Counted from the first letter of the stretch, positions 29,033-42,054 are shown. The stretch is 64,000 nt of DNA from Chitinophaga pinensis (GCA_945874665.1 CAMCHJ010000008.1:3880-67879); one strand, 5' to 3'. Numbers and translations: made by a program. Notes: generated by a model not told the origin, from the sequence alone.

Positions 29033-29680
29033 ATGAAAAAAGTACTGTTAATGTTTGCCGTAGCGGCTTTCGCTACCGCTTGTAGCAATTCAACCGAAAC
29101 GGCTGAAACCACCGAAGTAACCACGGCTGTAGAAGCGGGCGAAGCCACGGTATTGGCCCTTTCTGAAAGCACTGTGAAATGGACTGGTAAAAAGTTAACC
29201 GGCGAGCACTTCGGTAAAATCAATATTTCTGAAGGCAGTTTGTTTGTAGATGGCGATCAGTTGAGCGGTGGCTCTTTCACCATCGACATGAACACCATTA
29301 CGGTTGAAGACCTGACAGACGCAGCGCAAAACAAAGATTTAACGGACCACTTGTTCTCGGAGGATTTTTTCAATGTAGCCCAGTTTAACGCCGCCAATTT
29401 TGAAATTACCGGTGTGGAGGCTTTGGCCGCTGCCGACGAAGCTGGCAATACCCACACCATCAGTGGCAACCTTACCATCAAAGGCATTACGCAAGGCATC
29501 TCTTTTCCTGCTAAAGTAGCTAACAACGAGGCCGGCATCAACGCCAGCGCTAAGTTTAACATCGACCGTACCTTGTGGGACATCAAATACAAATCAGGTA
29601 AGTTTTTCCCTGAACTTGGCGACAAAGTAATCTCCGACGAAATCGGTATCGAGTTAAACCTCGCCGCCACGAAGTCATAA
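29033..29680 (+). CDS. YceI family periplasmic/lipoprotein
   Basis: Lipoprotein signal (ATACSN) and a YceI-like domain (..VKWTGKKLTGEHFGKINISEGSLFVDG.. ..IKGITQGISFPAKV..). Confidence 0.8.
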   Translation: MKKVLLMFAVAAFATACSNSTETAETTEVTTAVEAGEATVLALSESTVKWTGKKLTGEHFGKINISEGSLFVDGDQLSGGSFTIDMNTITVEDLTDAAQNKDLTDHLFSEDFFNVAQFNAANFEITGVEALAAADEAGNTHTISGNLTIKGITQGISFPAKVANNEAGINASAKFNIDRTLWDIKYKSGKFFPELGDKVISDEIGIELNLAATKS

Positions 29681-29699
29681 TACTTCCTTTGTGATTGAA

Positions 29700-29728
29700 A
29701 TACCGGGCTCGTCCCGGTATTTTTTTTG
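29700..29728 (+). terminator. rho-independent terminator after yceI-like gene
   Basis: ATACCGGG-CTCGT-CCCGGTAT hairpin followed by T8. Confidence 0.85.
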
Positions 29729-29899
29729 CCTTTTTTGCCGCAAGCAAGGCTTTAACGGCACTCCATGTGATGCTTTTTCAGAAGGGTTAAGTTATCTGTT
29801 GCCCATAGCGCCACTCGCGCATCTAAAAACAGCTGTGTGCTTGCCTCGGCCTTGCAGAAACAGTCTCAAGGCAGTGGATTAATGCCTTGCCCCGCCGGC

Positions 29900-30580
29900 T
29901 TAGTCGGTGATCAAAGCCTGGTTGAGGAAATGTACAAAAGGCGCCAACTGGCTGATAGACTCCTGAAAATACCTTAACAAAGCAGCATTACTTTCGAAGC
30001 TTGCTGGGTCGAACGGCTGCCTAAGTACAAAGCTCTTGTACTTTAAGTAGGCCAAGGCTGGGTGGTCTTGCTCGTAGCCCTTGGGCGGACGTGTGAGCTG
30101 TTCTCCCTCAAACGTAAATGCACCCAAGGCCGGTGCTTTTAGGATATCCTCGAAGGCCGTAAAGCCATAGTCGATTTCCTGGCGGATGTTTTTGAGCAAG
30201 GGTGCTTCGGGCATCCAAATGCCTGCTGCCATAAAACTGGCGCCGGGCTCAAAGTGCATGTAGTAGCCTGCGCCTGGGGATTTTTTGCCGCCATTGGCTA
30301 GATAAGCCGAAAAATTAGTCTTGTAGGGGTTTTTATTAGCCGAAAAGCGCACGTCCCGGTTGATACGGAAGATGCAGTTTTTGGCTTCTAGTCCAGCTAG
30401 ACTTGGATCTACCACGCTGGCCCTTTCAATCAAATCGGCCACAAAGGCAATAAAATCGAGTCTGAGCTGCTGGTAGCGGTCCCGCTCGCCATCAAACCAA
30501 GCCTTGTGATTATTGGGTTTGAGCGCTGTTAAAAAGCTGTACAGTGCTTTGAAATCGAGTTCGCCAGGCTGTTGCTTCAT
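29900..30580 (-). CDS. TIGR02453/DUF2461 family protein
   Basis: 226 aa. Family-typical N-terminus (..FLTALKPNNHKAWFDGERDRYQ..) and ..RINRDVRFSANKNPYK.. Confidence 0.75.
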   Translation of the reverse strand: MKQQPGELDFKALYSFLTALKPNNHKAWFDGERDRYQQLRLDFIAFVADLIERASVVDPSLAGLEAKNCIFRINRDVRFSANKNPYKTNFSAYLANGGKKSPGAGYYMHFEPGASFMAAGIWMPEAPLLKNIRQEIDYGFTAFEDILKAPALGAFTFEGEQLTRPPKGYEQDHPALAYLKYKSFVLRQPFDPASFESNAALLRYFQESISQLAPFVHFLNQALITD

Positions 30581-31170
30581 AGCGCCTGCTTTTGCATCAT
30601 GCGCTGGATGTATTTGCCTACGATGTCGAATTCTAAATTGACGATGCTACCCACTTGTAGTTGGTGGAAGCTGGTGTGCTCGTAGGTATACGGAATGATG
30701 GCCACTGAAAAGGCATCGTCGGCGGCGTCTACCACCGTAAGTGAAACGCCGTTCACACAAACCGAGCCTTTTTCTACCACCATATTGCCCTTGCTGGGGT
30801 CGAAAGCAAAGCGGTACCGCCAGCTGCCACCTTCATCGGCCACCGAAATACACTGGGCGGTTTGATCTACATGGCCTTGTACAATGTGCCCGTCGAAACG
30901 GCCGTGTGCTGGCATGCAGCGCTCGAGGTTGATTTTGGCACCTGTACGCCAGTCTTGGAGATTGGTTTTTTGCAAAGTCTCCAAAATAGCCGTTACCGTA
31001 TGCTGTCCTTCACCCAAAGCCACCACGGTGAGACAAACACCGTTGTGCGATACACTTTGGTCGATTTTGAGCTCCCCAGAAATGGGTGATGCAATGGTGT
31101 AATGCATGTTTTGTGCTTCTTGGCGCATGGCCACCAGCTCGCCGAGCGTTTCAATGATTCCTGTAAACAT
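30577..31170 (-). CDS. ribE: riboflavin synthase (alpha subunit)
   Basis: MFTGIIE N-terminus; two lumazine-binding repeats (..GDSIAVNGVCLTV-like: VSHNGVCLTVV / VCVNGVSLTVV). Confidence 0.92.
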   Translation of the reverse strand: MFTGIIETLGELVAMRQEAQNMHYTIASPISGELKIDQSVSHNGVCLTVVALGEGQHTVTAILETLQKTNLQDWRTGAKINLERCMPAHGRFDGHIVQGHVDQTAQCISVADEGGSWRYRFAFDPSKGNMVVEKGSVCVNGVSLTVVDAADDAFSVAIIPYTYEHTSFHQLQVGSIVNLEFDIVGKYIQRMMQKQAL

Positions 31171-31178
31171 AGCCTGAT

Positions 31179-33818
31179 TTAGCGCTTGATGGCCACCACA
31201 CCAACCCTATCTACCTGTGTGATGCCTTCTAACGTTCTGAAATTTATTTTAACGCGATAGTAATAAGTAGCTGCTTCCAAATCGTCGCCGAGCTGGTTTT
31301 TGCCCTCCCAACGCACCGCAGGGTTAATGGTGCGGAACACCTCTTGACCCCAGCGATTGAGGATGATCATGTCGATGCTTTCTACAAAACGCCAGCCTGG
31401 CATTGGCCCAAAAAGGTCGTTGATGCCGTCGCCGTTGGGCGTAAAAATATTGGGTAGCTCGTACAGGTTGCAGTTGTCAACACACACCTCATTGCTGTAA
31501 CCGCTTTCGTTTGTACTGCTGTCTACCGCCGTTAGTTTGTAACAACCCGCCAGGCTCGTCTGCAAATTCAAGTGCTCAAACTGCAGCGGTTGGTTCGCCG
31601 CCACCGAGTCGATGAGGGTGTAAGGCGCCGATAAGCTAGGCCGGTAGTAAATGCGCCACCGCAGGAGGTCGGGGGCACAAAACGACTCCTGTATCCAGCT
31701 CACTGTGTTCATAAACCGATCGCAGTCGGCCGCAACGCTGATATCAGGTGGACAAGGCGGAATGGTGTCGGTAGGCATTTTGCATGCAATCTGCGAATCG
31801 TTGAGCAAGGAATCGGGCAGCGACGCATTTTCAAATCCCCCAAAGGTGGTGAGGTAATAGCAGTACACCACGCCATTTACCAAATTGGTGTCCAGATAGC
31901 TGTTGCTGGTAGTGGTGGTCAAATACTCAAATGTGCCTGCCAAGTTTTCTTTGTAGATGTGTACCGAATCATTGAGCCAATTGGTGTTTGCCTCCCACTG
32001 CAGCAGCAGCTGACTGTCGAAACTACGGATGTCTAAATACACCGAGGAAGAAGCCGTAGCCTTGCCCACCTCGGTATTGCCGAGGGCATCAAAATCGATT
32101 TGGTAACAGTATTGCTTTTCGGTGGTGTTGAGGTTGAGGTCGGTAAACAGACTGTCGCGCAACACCGCTGCAAAACTGTTGTAGGTGCGCGTGCCGATGG
32201 CGGTGCGGTTGGCAGCCATCTGCAAGCCTTCGCTTCTGTAAAAGCGATAGCGATAGGGTGCCGGAAATTGAATGGTATCGAGCTCAACAGGACCCGTCCA
32301 TTGCAAATCGATGCTGCCCGTGCTTTGTGCCGTGGCCGTTACACTCACCTTTGTTAACAGCGGTAAATCGCGGAGCACCACTTCGCACACTTCGTTGGAG
32401 GTTATACTTTCGATGCCACCGAGTGGGTTGAACCTGGCCTGACTGAAAAAAGCGGTGACGCGGTAGCAAAACTCCTCTCCTGATGGCAAGCCAAGTCCGT
32501 TATTGTCGTCGATGTAAGTGGTGCTGGTGCGCCCCATCAACGTATCGATGAGCACATAGCCGGTGCTGGCGGGCACGCCGGTTTGGCAGGTATCGGGAGT
32601 AAAAGGCCCCGCACCTTGTTTGCGGTAAATTTTATACCCAAGTGCTTCGCTGCACGTATGGGGATCGTAGGTGACGGTGATTTTACCGCCGCTAGAATTG
32701 GCTTGAATGTTTTCGACAGGCGGTGGTATGATGCGCACATTCCACACTTGATAGGCTGTTAAGCGTGGATTACCATTGTCTTCGGCCCTAAAAATAACCT
32801 GGTATGGATCACGGCGAATGTGCCCACAATTGGTTTGCCAGCTAAACACCGAGCCTACCACCGTTTGAGCGGTGGCATCGTTGAATGTGGCAGGCGAATT
32901 GGTGAGGATACCACGCTGCGGCGCCAAGGGTGCGCCCACACCCGACAGCGTAACCATGTTGCCATCGCTATCTGAAGCTGAGATAAAGCCCGTGAGTAAG
33001 GTACCCGCGATCACACAGGTATCATTGGGCACTTTAATTTCAGGTGGTCGGTTGATGCATACCGATATGGTTACCTGAAAATCGCGGATGATGTTGCCAA
33101 TTTGCACGCCATTGCGCCATTCTCGGATGATGATGGCGAAGTTAAAAGTGCCTGGGGTATCTGGCGTATTCCATATAAAATCACCCGTTCTGCTGTTGAT
33201 GGTGAGGATTGGGGGCAGATTTGGGTAATAAAAGGTAGCTATGGGCAGGCCACCAGCGCCTCTGCAAGGCGTGAGCTCAAACGAAAGCGAATCACCATCG
33301 GGATCTACGGCACCAGGATTGTGTACGAAAAGCCTTCTCACACAACCATTGTCGATGGGTGGAAAATTGAGCACCGGCGAACTGTTGACCCCCAAAAAAG
33401 GATTGATGATGAGCTGCGTTTCGATGTGAAACGGCAAATTGATGGAGCTGGGAATGTTGTTGATACCGCCGATGCGGTTGGGGTCGGTAACCGATATGGT
33501 GTAGGTACCTGCGCCTGGAAAGATGTGGGTGGTGAGGTAGATGTTGCGAACGAGGTCATTGCCTACAAACACCCGGCTCGAGCGTTGCACGGTATCGATG
33601 CGGGTAGGGTTGCCGTAATTGAATGAAACGGGCAAAAATTGGCGGTCTGCTGCGTCTTGGTCTTTGGTGTAGGTAACCACCCTGATTTCGTACGTCAGGT
33701 TGTTTAAATGCCTAAATGTAATTTCGCCGCCCCGGTTGTGGGTTGCCTCAACCACCAAAGGCCCCAAAAATAGGAGCGCGAGCAGGAGGAACATACCTTT
33801 TTGTAGGCTTCTAACCAT
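31179..33818 (-). CDS. large secreted protein with Ig/FN3-like repeats and T9SS type B (gliding motility-associated) C-terminal domain
   Basis: Signal peptide; C-terminus ..LPNIFTPNGDGINDLFGP..ILNRWGQEVF.. is the TIGR04131-type CTD; 879 aa. Confidence 0.85.
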   Translation of the reverse strand: MVRSLQKGMFLLLALLFLGPLVVEATHNRGGEITFRHLNNLTYEIRVVTYTKDQDAADRQFLPVSFNYGNPTRIDTVQRSSRVFVGNDLVRNIYLTTHIFPGAGTYTISVTDPNRIGGINNIPSSINLPFHIETQLIINPFLGVNSSPVLNFPPIDNGCVRRLFVHNPGAVDPDGDSLSFELTPCRGAGGLPIATFYYPNLPPILTINSRTGDFIWNTPDTPGTFNFAIIIREWRNGVQIGNIIRDFQVTISVCINRPPEIKVPNDTCVIAGTLLTGFISASDSDGNMVTLSGVGAPLAPQRGILTNSPATFNDATAQTVVGSVFSWQTNCGHIRRDPYQVIFRAEDNGNPRLTAYQVWNVRIIPPPVENIQANSSGGKITVTYDPHTCSEALGYKIYRKQGAGPFTPDTCQTGVPASTGYVLIDTLMGRTSTTYIDDNNGLGLPSGEEFCYRVTAFFSQARFNPLGGIESITSNEVCEVVLRDLPLLTKVSVTATAQSTGSIDLQWTGPVELDTIQFPAPYRYRFYRSEGLQMAANRTAIGTRTYNSFAAVLRDSLFTDLNLNTTEKQYCYQIDFDALGNTEVGKATASSSVYLDIRSFDSQLLLQWEANTNWLNDSVHIYKENLAGTFEYLTTTTSNSYLDTNLVNGVVYCYYLTTFGGFENASLPDSLLNDSQIACKMPTDTIPPCPPDISVAADCDRFMNTVSWIQESFCAPDLLRWRIYYRPSLSAPYTLIDSVAANQPLQFEHLNLQTSLAGCYKLTAVDSSTNESGYSNEVCVDNCNLYELPNIFTPNGDGINDLFGPMPGWRFVESIDMIILNRWGQEVFRTINPAVRWEGKNQLGDDLEAATYYYRVKINFRTLEGITQVDRVGVVAIKR

Positions 33819-33862
33819 ACCTCATACAATGCAAAAAGGGCCTGATTTGTTGCATGTTAAGC

Positions 33863-33900
33863 TTAAATTTAAGCATAAAAAAATCCAGCAACAAGCGTTA
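33863..33900 (-). terminator. putative terminator downstream of sdhB (end of sdhCAB operon)
   Basis: ATCCAGCAA-caagcg-TTACTGGAT imperfect hairpin with a T-run on the minus strand (plus-strand A7 at 33867-33873). Confidence 0.5.
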
Positions 33901-33927
33901 CTGGATTTCTTAACAAAAATATGACGA

Positions 33928-34692
33928 TTAGTTACCTGGACCGAGCATGGCGCCGAGGTATTCGCGGTTTAAACGGGCAATGTTGGTGATGCTAATGCCC
34001 TTAGGACATTCGGCCTCGCAAGCACCTGTGTTGGTGCAATTGCCGAAACCGAGCTCATCCATTTTGGCCACCATCTTGCCAACACGCTCCTTGCGCTCTG
34101 GCTGTCCTTGTGGCAATAAAGCATACTGCGACACCTTGGCCGATACAAACAACATGGCAGAAGCATTTTTACAAGCCGCTACACACGCGCCACAACCGAT
34201 GCAAGCAGCGGCGTTAAAGGCTTCATCTGCATTTTCTTTCGGGATGGGTACGGCATTGCCGTCGGGTGCGTTACCGGTATTTACCGATACATAGCCCCCA
34301 GCCTGCTGTATTTTATCAAAAGCAGAGCGGTCTACTACCAAATCTTTCAACACCGGAAAAGGCGCGGCCCTCCAAGGTTCGATGGTGATGGTTTCACCGT
34401 CTTCGAAATGGCGCATGTGCAACTGACAGGTGGTGGTGCCACGCTGCGGTCCGTGTGCACGGCCGTTGATGTACATGCTGCACATGCCGCAAATGCCTTC
34501 GCGACAATCGTGATCGAATGCCACGGGCTCTTTCTGCTCCGAAATCAGTGATTCGTTGAGCACATCCATCATTTCGAGGAAGGAAGCATGGGTAGATACG
34601 TCCTTTAACTTGTAAGTTTCGAACTTACCTTTATCCTTGCTGCCTTTCTGACGCCAAACTTTCAGCGTGAGATTTAACGACTCTTTACTCAT
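33928..34692 (-). CDS. sdhB: succinate dehydrogenase/fumarate reductase iron-sulfur subunit
   Basis: 2Fe-2S ([10 protein letters not shown]), 4Fe-4S ([11 protein letters not shown]) and 3Fe-4S ([12 protein letters not shown]) cysteine clusters. Confidence 0.93.
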   Translation of the reverse strand: MSKESLNLTLKVWRQKGSKDKGKFETYKLKDVSTHASFLEMMDVLNESLISEQKEPVAFDHDCREGICGMCSMYINGRAHGPQRGTTTCQLHMRHFEDGETITIEPWRAAPFPVLKDLVVDRSAFDKIQQAGGYVSVNTGNAPDGNAVPIPKENADEAFNAAACIGCGACVAACKNASAMLFVSAKVSQYALLPQGQPERKERVGKMVAKMDELGFGNCTNTGACEAECPKGISITNIARLNREYLGAMLGPGN

Positions 34693-36629
34693 TATTTGTA
34701 GCTCCTTTGTGTGAGTTTAACAACATCAAATTCGAGGTTTTCTTTGTGTAAAACCGGTTCAGCGTTTTCGCCCTGCCATTCCCAAGCCGATACAAACGCA
34801 TAGTTTTCATCGTCGCGTTTGGCTTCGCCTTCTTCGGTTTGACTTTCGAGGCGGAAGTGACCACCGCATGATTCATTGCGACTCAAGGCGTCGCGTACCA
34901 TGAGCTCGCCGAGTTCAATGAAGTCGGCCACACGCATGGCTTTGTCGAGCTCGGGATTAAACTCACCGATGCTGCCCGACAAGCGCAGGTCGCTCCAAAA
35001 CTCTTTGCGCAAATCCTGGATGAGGCTGATGGCTTTGGTTAAGCCCTCTTCACTCCTGGCCATACCGCAATATTCCCACATGATTTTGCCGAGGCGGCGG
35101 TGGAAACTCTCTGGCGACTGCTTGCCACCGATGCTCATAAACTTGTTGTAACGATCGGCCACCGCTTTTTCAGCAGCCACAAAGGCTTCGTGGTTTACAT
35201 TGATTTGGCCTGTGCCAATTTCATCTGCCAAATAATCACCAATGGTGTAAGGCAATACAAAATAACCATCAGCCAAACCTTGCATAAGGGCCGAAGCACC
35301 CAAACGGTTGGCGCCGTGGTCAGAGAAGTTAGCCTCTCCGATGGCGTACAAACCGGGCACATTGGTCATGAGGTTATAATCGACCCACAAACCGCCCATG
35401 GTATAATGCACCGCTGGGTAAATTTTCATAGGTGTTTTGTAGGGATTGTCGCCGGTAATCTTCTCGTACATTTCGAATAAGTTACCGTAACGTGCGCTGA
35501 TCACATCTTGGCCCATGCGGTTGATGGCATCGCGGAAATCGAGAAATACCGCCAAGCCGGTTGGCGCTACACCACGGCCTTCGTCACACACATCTTTGGC
35601 AGCGCGTGAGGCTACGTCGCGGGGAACGAGGTTACCAAAAGCTGGGTACTTGCGTTCTAAGAAATAATCGCGGGCCTCTTCTGGTAAGTCTGCCGCTACT
35701 TTTTTGCCTTGCTGGATGGCTTCGGCGTCGGCTTTGTGGAGGGGCACCCAAACGCGACCGTCGTTGCGCAGCGACTCCGACATGAGGGTGAGCTTTGACT
35801 GGTACTCGCCCGACTGCGGCAAGCAGGTTGGGTGAATTTGTGTGAAGCAAGGGTTGCCAAAAAACGCACCTTGTTTGTGTGCTTTCCAAGCTGCGGTTAC
35901 GTTTGAGCCCATGGCGTTGGTGCTCAAATAAAATACGTTTCCGTAGCCACCGCTGGCAATTACCACGGCATGTGCGCTGTGGCGCTCGAGCTCACCAGTA
36001 ATTAAGTTACGGGCAATGATGCCGCGGGCTTTGCCGTCGATCATCACCACCTCAACCATTTCGTGGCGCGTGAACATCTCTACCTGACCTTTTTCTACCT
36101 GGCGGTTGAGAGCTGAATAAGCGCCGAGCAAGAGTTGCTGTCCGGTTTGGCCCCGTGCATAAAATGTACGCGATACCTGGGTGCCACCAAACGAACGGTT
36201 GTCGAGCAAGCCGCCATAATCGCGGGCAAAAGGAACGCCTTGTGCCACACACTGGTCGATGATGCTGGCGCTCACTTCGGCCAAACGGTAAACATTGGCT
36301 TCGCGGGCACGGTAGTCACCGCCTTTTACGGTATCGTAAAACAAGCGATAGGTGCTATCACCGTCGTTTTGATAGTTTTTGGCTGCATTGATACCGCCTT
36401 GGGCTGCAATGGAGTGGGCGCGGCGGGGACTGTCTTGGAAACAGAAAGCCTTCACCTTATAGCCTAACTCTGCCAGCGAGGCAGCGGCTGAAGCACCAGC
36501 AAGGCCGGTACCTACTACGATGATGTCGAGTTTGCGTTTGTTGGCCGGACTCACCAAGCGAACGGTAGAACGGTATTTGGTCCATTTATCAGTAATGGGA
36601 CCAGCAGGGATTTTTGCGTCGAGCTTCAT
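34692..36629 (-). CDS. sdhA: succinate dehydrogenase/fumarate reductase flavoprotein subunit
   Basis: FAD-binding N-terminus ([12 protein letters not shown]), covalent-FAD His region ([14 protein letters not shown]), 645 aa. Confidence 0.93.
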   Translation of the reverse strand: MKLDAKIPAGPITDKWTKYRSTVRLVSPANKRKLDIIVVGTGLAGASAAASLAELGYKVKAFCFQDSPRRAHSIAAQGGINAAKNYQNDGDSTYRLFYDTVKGGDYRAREANVYRLAEVSASIIDQCVAQGVPFARDYGGLLDNRSFGGTQVSRTFYARGQTGQQLLLGAYSALNRQVEKGQVEMFTRHEMVEVVMIDGKARGIIARNLITGELERHSAHAVVIASGGYGNVFYLSTNAMGSNVTAAWKAHKQGAFFGNPCFTQIHPTCLPQSGEYQSKLTLMSESLRNDGRVWVPLHKADAEAIQQGKKVAADLPEEARDYFLERKYPAFGNLVPRDVASRAAKDVCDEGRGVAPTGLAVFLDFRDAINRMGQDVISARYGNLFEMYEKITGDNPYKTPMKIYPAVHYTMGGLWVDYNLMTNVPGLYAIGEANFSDHGANRLGASALMQGLADGYFVLPYTIGDYLADEIGTGQINVNHEAFVAAEKAVADRYNKFMSIGGKQSPESFHRRLGKIMWEYCGMARSEEGLTKAISLIQDLRKEFWSDLRLSGSIGEFNPELDKAMRVADFIELGELMVRDALSRNESCGGHFRLESQTEEGEAKRDDENYAFVSAWEWQGENAEPVLHKENLEFDVVKLTQRSYK

Positions 36630-36641
36630 GCCTTGTTAAAT

Positions 36642-37343
36642 TTAAGCTTGTTGAAGATACATCACCACCGGAATGATCGCGAAGAGCAAGGGAACGATGA
36701 CAGCATAAACAACACCAATGACTTCAATGAGTTTTTTATAACTGCTAAAACCTAGGCCCAAAGTTTGAAAAGCGCTCTGGAAGCCGTGGTACAAGTGAAA
36801 AGACAAAACCAACATGCCCACCACATAAATAAGCATGTACGGCAGGGTGCTGTAAGCGCTGGCCACCACGGTGTAAGCATCCAGCACTGCGAAATTCAAA
36901 CCATCGTAGGTGCCTGCTTCAATCATGGGTAAACCAGTACCAAATTTAAATTCGAACCAAAAGCTCTTCAGGTGCACAATTAAAAACAGCAGGATGAGGG
37001 TTCCGAGGATACCCATATTGCGTGAATTCCAATTTGACTGTACGTTTTTAGGCTTTCCACCATAGGCAATCGGCCGGGCAGCAGCGTTGGTACGTGTTAA
37101 CCAAATGCTGTAAATCACGTGCAGCACGATGAAAGCAAAGTTGAGTTTCGATACCAATTGAATCAAGCCATTGTTGGCCATGAAATAAGAGTAGCGGTTA
37201 AAAGCTTCTCCGCCATCGCCAGCAAGCAACTGCAAATTGCCAATGAGGTGGATTACCAAAAATAAAATGAGGAAAAGACCTGTGAGGGCCATCATCAATT
37301 TACGCCCAAGAGAAGAACGTAACAGCGTTGTAAACTTATTCAT
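36642..37343 (-). CDS. sdhC: succinate dehydrogenase cytochrome b subunit (b558 family)
   Basis: 233-aa five-helix membrane protein immediately upstream of sdhA, with the conserved His ligands typical of the b558 type. Confidence 0.8.
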   Translation of the reverse strand: MNKFTTLLRSSLGRKLMMALTGLFLILFLVIHLIGNLQLLAGDGGEAFNRYSYFMANNGLIQLVSKLNFAFIVLHVIYSIWLTRTNAAARPIAYGGKPKNVQSNWNSRNMGILGTLILLFLIVHLKSFWFEFKFGTGLPMIEAGTYDGLNFAVLDAYTVVASAYSTLPYMLIYVVGMLVLSFHLYHGFQSAFQTLGLGFSSYKKLIEVIGVVYAVIVPLLFAIIPVVMYLQQA

Positions 37344-37579
37344 TTGGAGAATAGTAATATTTTAGAACTACGCAAAAATAAGGCTAGACCGCTCAGTTCA
37401 CAAGTTTGCAGGAAAGGAAAATAGGGAAAAATGCTGTTTAAAATCAGTCTAAATAACCAACTCAACCAAGTCCGTGCGCAAACAGCCCAGCGGCAGCCTA
37501 CCTACTCGCCAAAACAGCCGTAACCGGCAAGCCTCTACACCTTGCTGCGGCTATTAAAGCCCCGCTCCTGTCTTCTTGA

Positions 37580-37615
37580 AAAAAAGAAAAGCCCCGGATT
37601 ATTTATCCGAGGCTT
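37580..37615 (-). terminator. putative terminator downstream of groEL
   Basis: GCCTCGGA-taaataa-TCCGGGGC hairpin (one mismatch) with a T-rich tract on the minus strand. Confidence 0.5.
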
Positions 37616-37639
37616 AATAATTACTTAAATAAACTTAGT

Positions 37640-39576
<1,937 letters not shown>

Positions 39577-39613
39577 ATTGTTTTGAATTTGTGTTTTTAA
39601 TGGATGTGTTCGA

Positions 39614-39633
39614 TTGCACAGCTATTGTGCCAA
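39614..39633 (-). promoter_or_regulatory. imperfect inverted repeat TTGCACA-gctat-TGTGCCA upstream of groES (candidate operator)
   Basis: 6/7 inverted repeat with a 5-nt spacer, 40-57 nt upstream of the groES start. Not a CIRCE element (spacer too short). Confidence 0.3.
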
Positions 39634-39877
39634 GATGCAAAGTGGCGAAAAAGGCTGACAGCTTTGCGTAGATATTGCTTTATCCTGACAAAAATGGCAG
39701 TCGCATCTGCCAAAATGCAGCATGACCCCTGCTTCTTTATGCACCCAAAAATGACCCGCTTTATCGCGAACGCCTCCCTTACAAACCACACCTGCTAACG
39801 CGGCCGAGCGGCCTTAAAGGCTGTAAAGCTGCGACCGCACAGCTAACCACTGCTTTGCGCCGGCCTCCTGCAGCGGG

Positions 39878-39912
39878 CAAAAAAAAGCCATCCTTTTCAG
39901 AATGGCTTTCCT
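39878..39912 (-). terminator. putative terminator downstream of secG
   Basis: AAGCCAT..ATGGCTT hairpin followed by T8 on the minus strand. Confidence 0.55.
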
Positions 39913-39927
39913 AGAATTTATAACTGC

Positions 39928-40308
39928 TTATTCAGCTGGCGCTGCTTCAATCATTTCAACACCCGCTGGCTGCTCAGCTGCTGGATCGGCTGCTGGATTG
40001 GCTGCTGGAGCTGGAGCACCAGCTGCATTGATGGGCGCCTGCTCGGCTTTGTCCTTCAACAAACTGTTTTGTACTGCCATCTCGTCGCGTGGAATCCATA
40101 CGTTGATCATCATGGCCAATACAAAAAGAGAAATGCTCAATACCCAAGTAGCTTTTTCAACCACGTCGGTGGTGCGTTTAACACCCATGACTTGGTTGGT
40201 AGATGAAAAATTAGACGCTAAACCGCCGCCTTTTGGCTTTTGAACGAGAACGATGAGAATCATCAGGGCACATACCACAATGATTAAGATGGTGATGAAT
40301 GTATACAT
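39928..40308 (-). CDS. secG: preprotein translocase subunit SecG
   Basis: N-terminal TM plus LVQKPKGGGLASNFSS signature; second TM; Ala/Pro-rich tail. Confidence 0.88.
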   Translation of the reverse strand: MYTFITILIIVVCALMILIVLVQKPKGGGLASNFSSTNQVMGVKRTTDVVEKATWVLSISLFVLAMMINVWIPRDEMAVQNSLLKDKAEQAPINAAGAPAPAANPAADPAAEQPAGVEMIEAAPAE

Positions 40309-40357
40309 TTTAAATGCTTATGCTTTTGTTTGTTTTTTTCTTGAAATGGATGAGGAC

Positions 40358-41548
40358 TTAACTTTGAGCCCGTAACGCATCAATTCGGAGGGCAAAGTAA
40401 CTCATTTTATCGGGAAATTTCAAAATCAATTTTTGATAAATGCGGATGGCCTTTTTGTAATCATGCTGCGCCGCATAAATTCCTGCTAAGGTTTCGCTGG
40501 CTGGCAACTCATCATCCGATATGCTTTCGTAAGCTAACCGCCTGATTTCCTCTTCTACAGCTTTAGAGCTGGGCACTTCTTCGGCGCGATTTATTTGGGC
40601 TCGGATGGCCACAATTTGCTGATCTTGCTCCGGCGCCCGCAACAAATCTTGCTGCATGTGCTCCTGATAAAGTTGATCAAGCACTTCCTCGCTCTGTTCT
40701 CGCAAAGGCTTGCCGGCATAAAATTTAAACCAACTCAGACGGTCGTGCGGCTGCGCCATAAAATCGGCTGTTGCTTGTAGCTCCGATTGAGAACCATCAA
40801 CAGTGGTGCTTGCCTCTTGCGGTGCTGGAGCTGGAGCCTCGGGGACTGTAGGCGCTGCTTGTTCTGGTACGCTTACTTCAACTGCCAGAGCAGCTTCCAG
40901 TGCAACGATTGGCGCTTCGGCGGCCACCAGCGCTGCTGGCACAAGCACGGGCGGTTCAGGCCATTCTTCAACAGGCAAGCTGCCTTCAGTGGCGTTTTGA
41001 GCATCCGTTGTGGACAGCGGTGCTGCAATCGCTTCCGAAACAACTTCTGAAGGAGTGGCAGTGGTGCTGTTTGTGAGCACTGCCACTGGCTCATCGCTGG
41101 CCGCAGCTATCTCTGAGGCCACAAGCGCGTCAGCTGCAGCCACAGCTTGTACTTCTGCCAGGGGTTGCTGTACCGGCTGCTCCAACAAAGGTGCAGCCAA
41201 CTCGCTCAGTTCGACTGGCGCTGCCAAGGTAACTGGCTCCACGGCAGGTGCAGCAGCTTGCTCCAAAACCATCGCTGTGAGGCTTTCGGCTTCGATGACC
41301 TGCGCTACTTCCTCCGGCCAAATTTCTATCAACCGATACAACTGCTTGCGGTCGGGTAAAACACCCGCAGCATGGCGCAATTGTTTGTTAAACTTACTGC
41401 TGTTCTGCAATTTGTACTGCTTCAACAGCAAAAATTGCGCTGCTGAAAAGTAAGGATATTCGGCTACCATGTCTTCCAGATCAGACACAGCATGGTTGGC
41501 CATCTTGTGGGGATCTTGTACAAACGAAAGGAGCAGGTCTAAATTCAT
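40358..41548 (-). CDS. hypothetical protein with Ala/Pro/Glu-rich low-complexity centre and TPR-like C-terminus
   Basis: 396-aa ORF between the LptE-like gene and secG. The conserved N- and C-terminal regions are separated by a compositionally biased linker. Confidence 0.5.
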   Translation of the reverse strand: MNLDLLLSFVQDPHKMANHAVSDLEDMVAEYPYFSAAQFLLLKQYKLQNSSKFNKQLRHAAGVLPDRKQLYRLIEIWPEEVAQVIEAESLTAMVLEQAAAPAVEPVTLAAPVELSELAAPLLEQPVQQPLAEVQAVAAADALVASEIAAASDEPVAVLTNSTTATPSEVVSEAIAAPLSTTDAQNATEGSLPVEEWPEPPVLVPAALVAAEAPIVALEAALAVEVSVPEQAAPTVPEAPAPAPQEASTTVDGSQSELQATADFMAQPHDRLSWFKFYAGKPLREQSEEVLDQLYQEHMQQDLLRAPEQDQQIVAIRAQINRAEEVPSSKAVEEEIRRLAYESISDDELPASETLAGIYAAQHDYKKAIRIYQKLILKFPDKMSYFALRIDALRAQS

Positions 41549-42054
41549 TACCAGTTTACAAATGCCTTGTTGAAGATGTCATCAATCAATTGACGCACAA
41601 TATCGTCAATCAATTGGTTTTCTACTGCCTGTAAATCTTGTGTAGCATCATAATCAGCAAAGCGCCTAAATGTCTGCTCCCAATCGTCCTTCGGATTGAT
41701 CCTGCTGGTGTAAATCACCTTTACCCCAATGGTAAGCCGGCTCAAGGTGGTGGTTTCGTTGGCACCTGGTGCGGCAGGCAAAACGGCATATTCGGTAATG
41801 CTGCCCTCAAACTTGAGGTCGCCATCGGCTTCAAGCAAGCGCAAGCCGGTTTCGGCCAAAAATTTATCGCGCATGCGGTCTGATAGCACTTGCGCCAGCA
41901 CCGGCACCACAATAGGCGCGTTGTTTTCGAACTGAATGATGGTTAAACTGCGGGCCTCCGGCGGAATCGATGCGCCGCTGAAGCTGTAAATACCACAGCC
42001 ACCCAGGGGTAGCAACAGCACCACAAACAACAGCCACCTAAAAATCGATGTCAT
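41548..42054 (-). CDS. LptE-like LPS-assembly lipoprotein (Bacteroidetes type)
   Basis: Lipobox (LPLGGC). Its size and position downstream of the sigma-54 activator and upstream of secG match the conserved Bacteroidetes arrangement; assigned from memory only. Confidence 0.5.
   Translation of the reverse strand: MTSIFRWLLFVVLLLPLGGCGIYSFSGASIPPEARSLTIIQFENNAPIVVPVLAQVLSDRMRDKFLAETGLRLLEADGDLKFEGSITEYAVLPAAPGANETTTLSRLTIGVKVIYTSRINPKDDWEQTFRRFADYDATQDLQAVENQLIDDIVRQLIDDIFNKAFVNW

Noticed and set aside
39614-39633. Sigma-54 (-24/-12) promoter upstream of groES
   Set aside because: TGGCAC and TGCA elements are present, but the spacing is 2 nt longer than the strict TGGCACG-N4-TTGCW consensus. 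It is kept only as an inverted-repeat candidate operator.
39577-39700. CIRCE (HrcA) operator upstream of groES
   Set aside because: No TTAGCACTC-N9-GAGTGCTAA match. The inverted repeat present has a 5-nt spacer and a different sequence.
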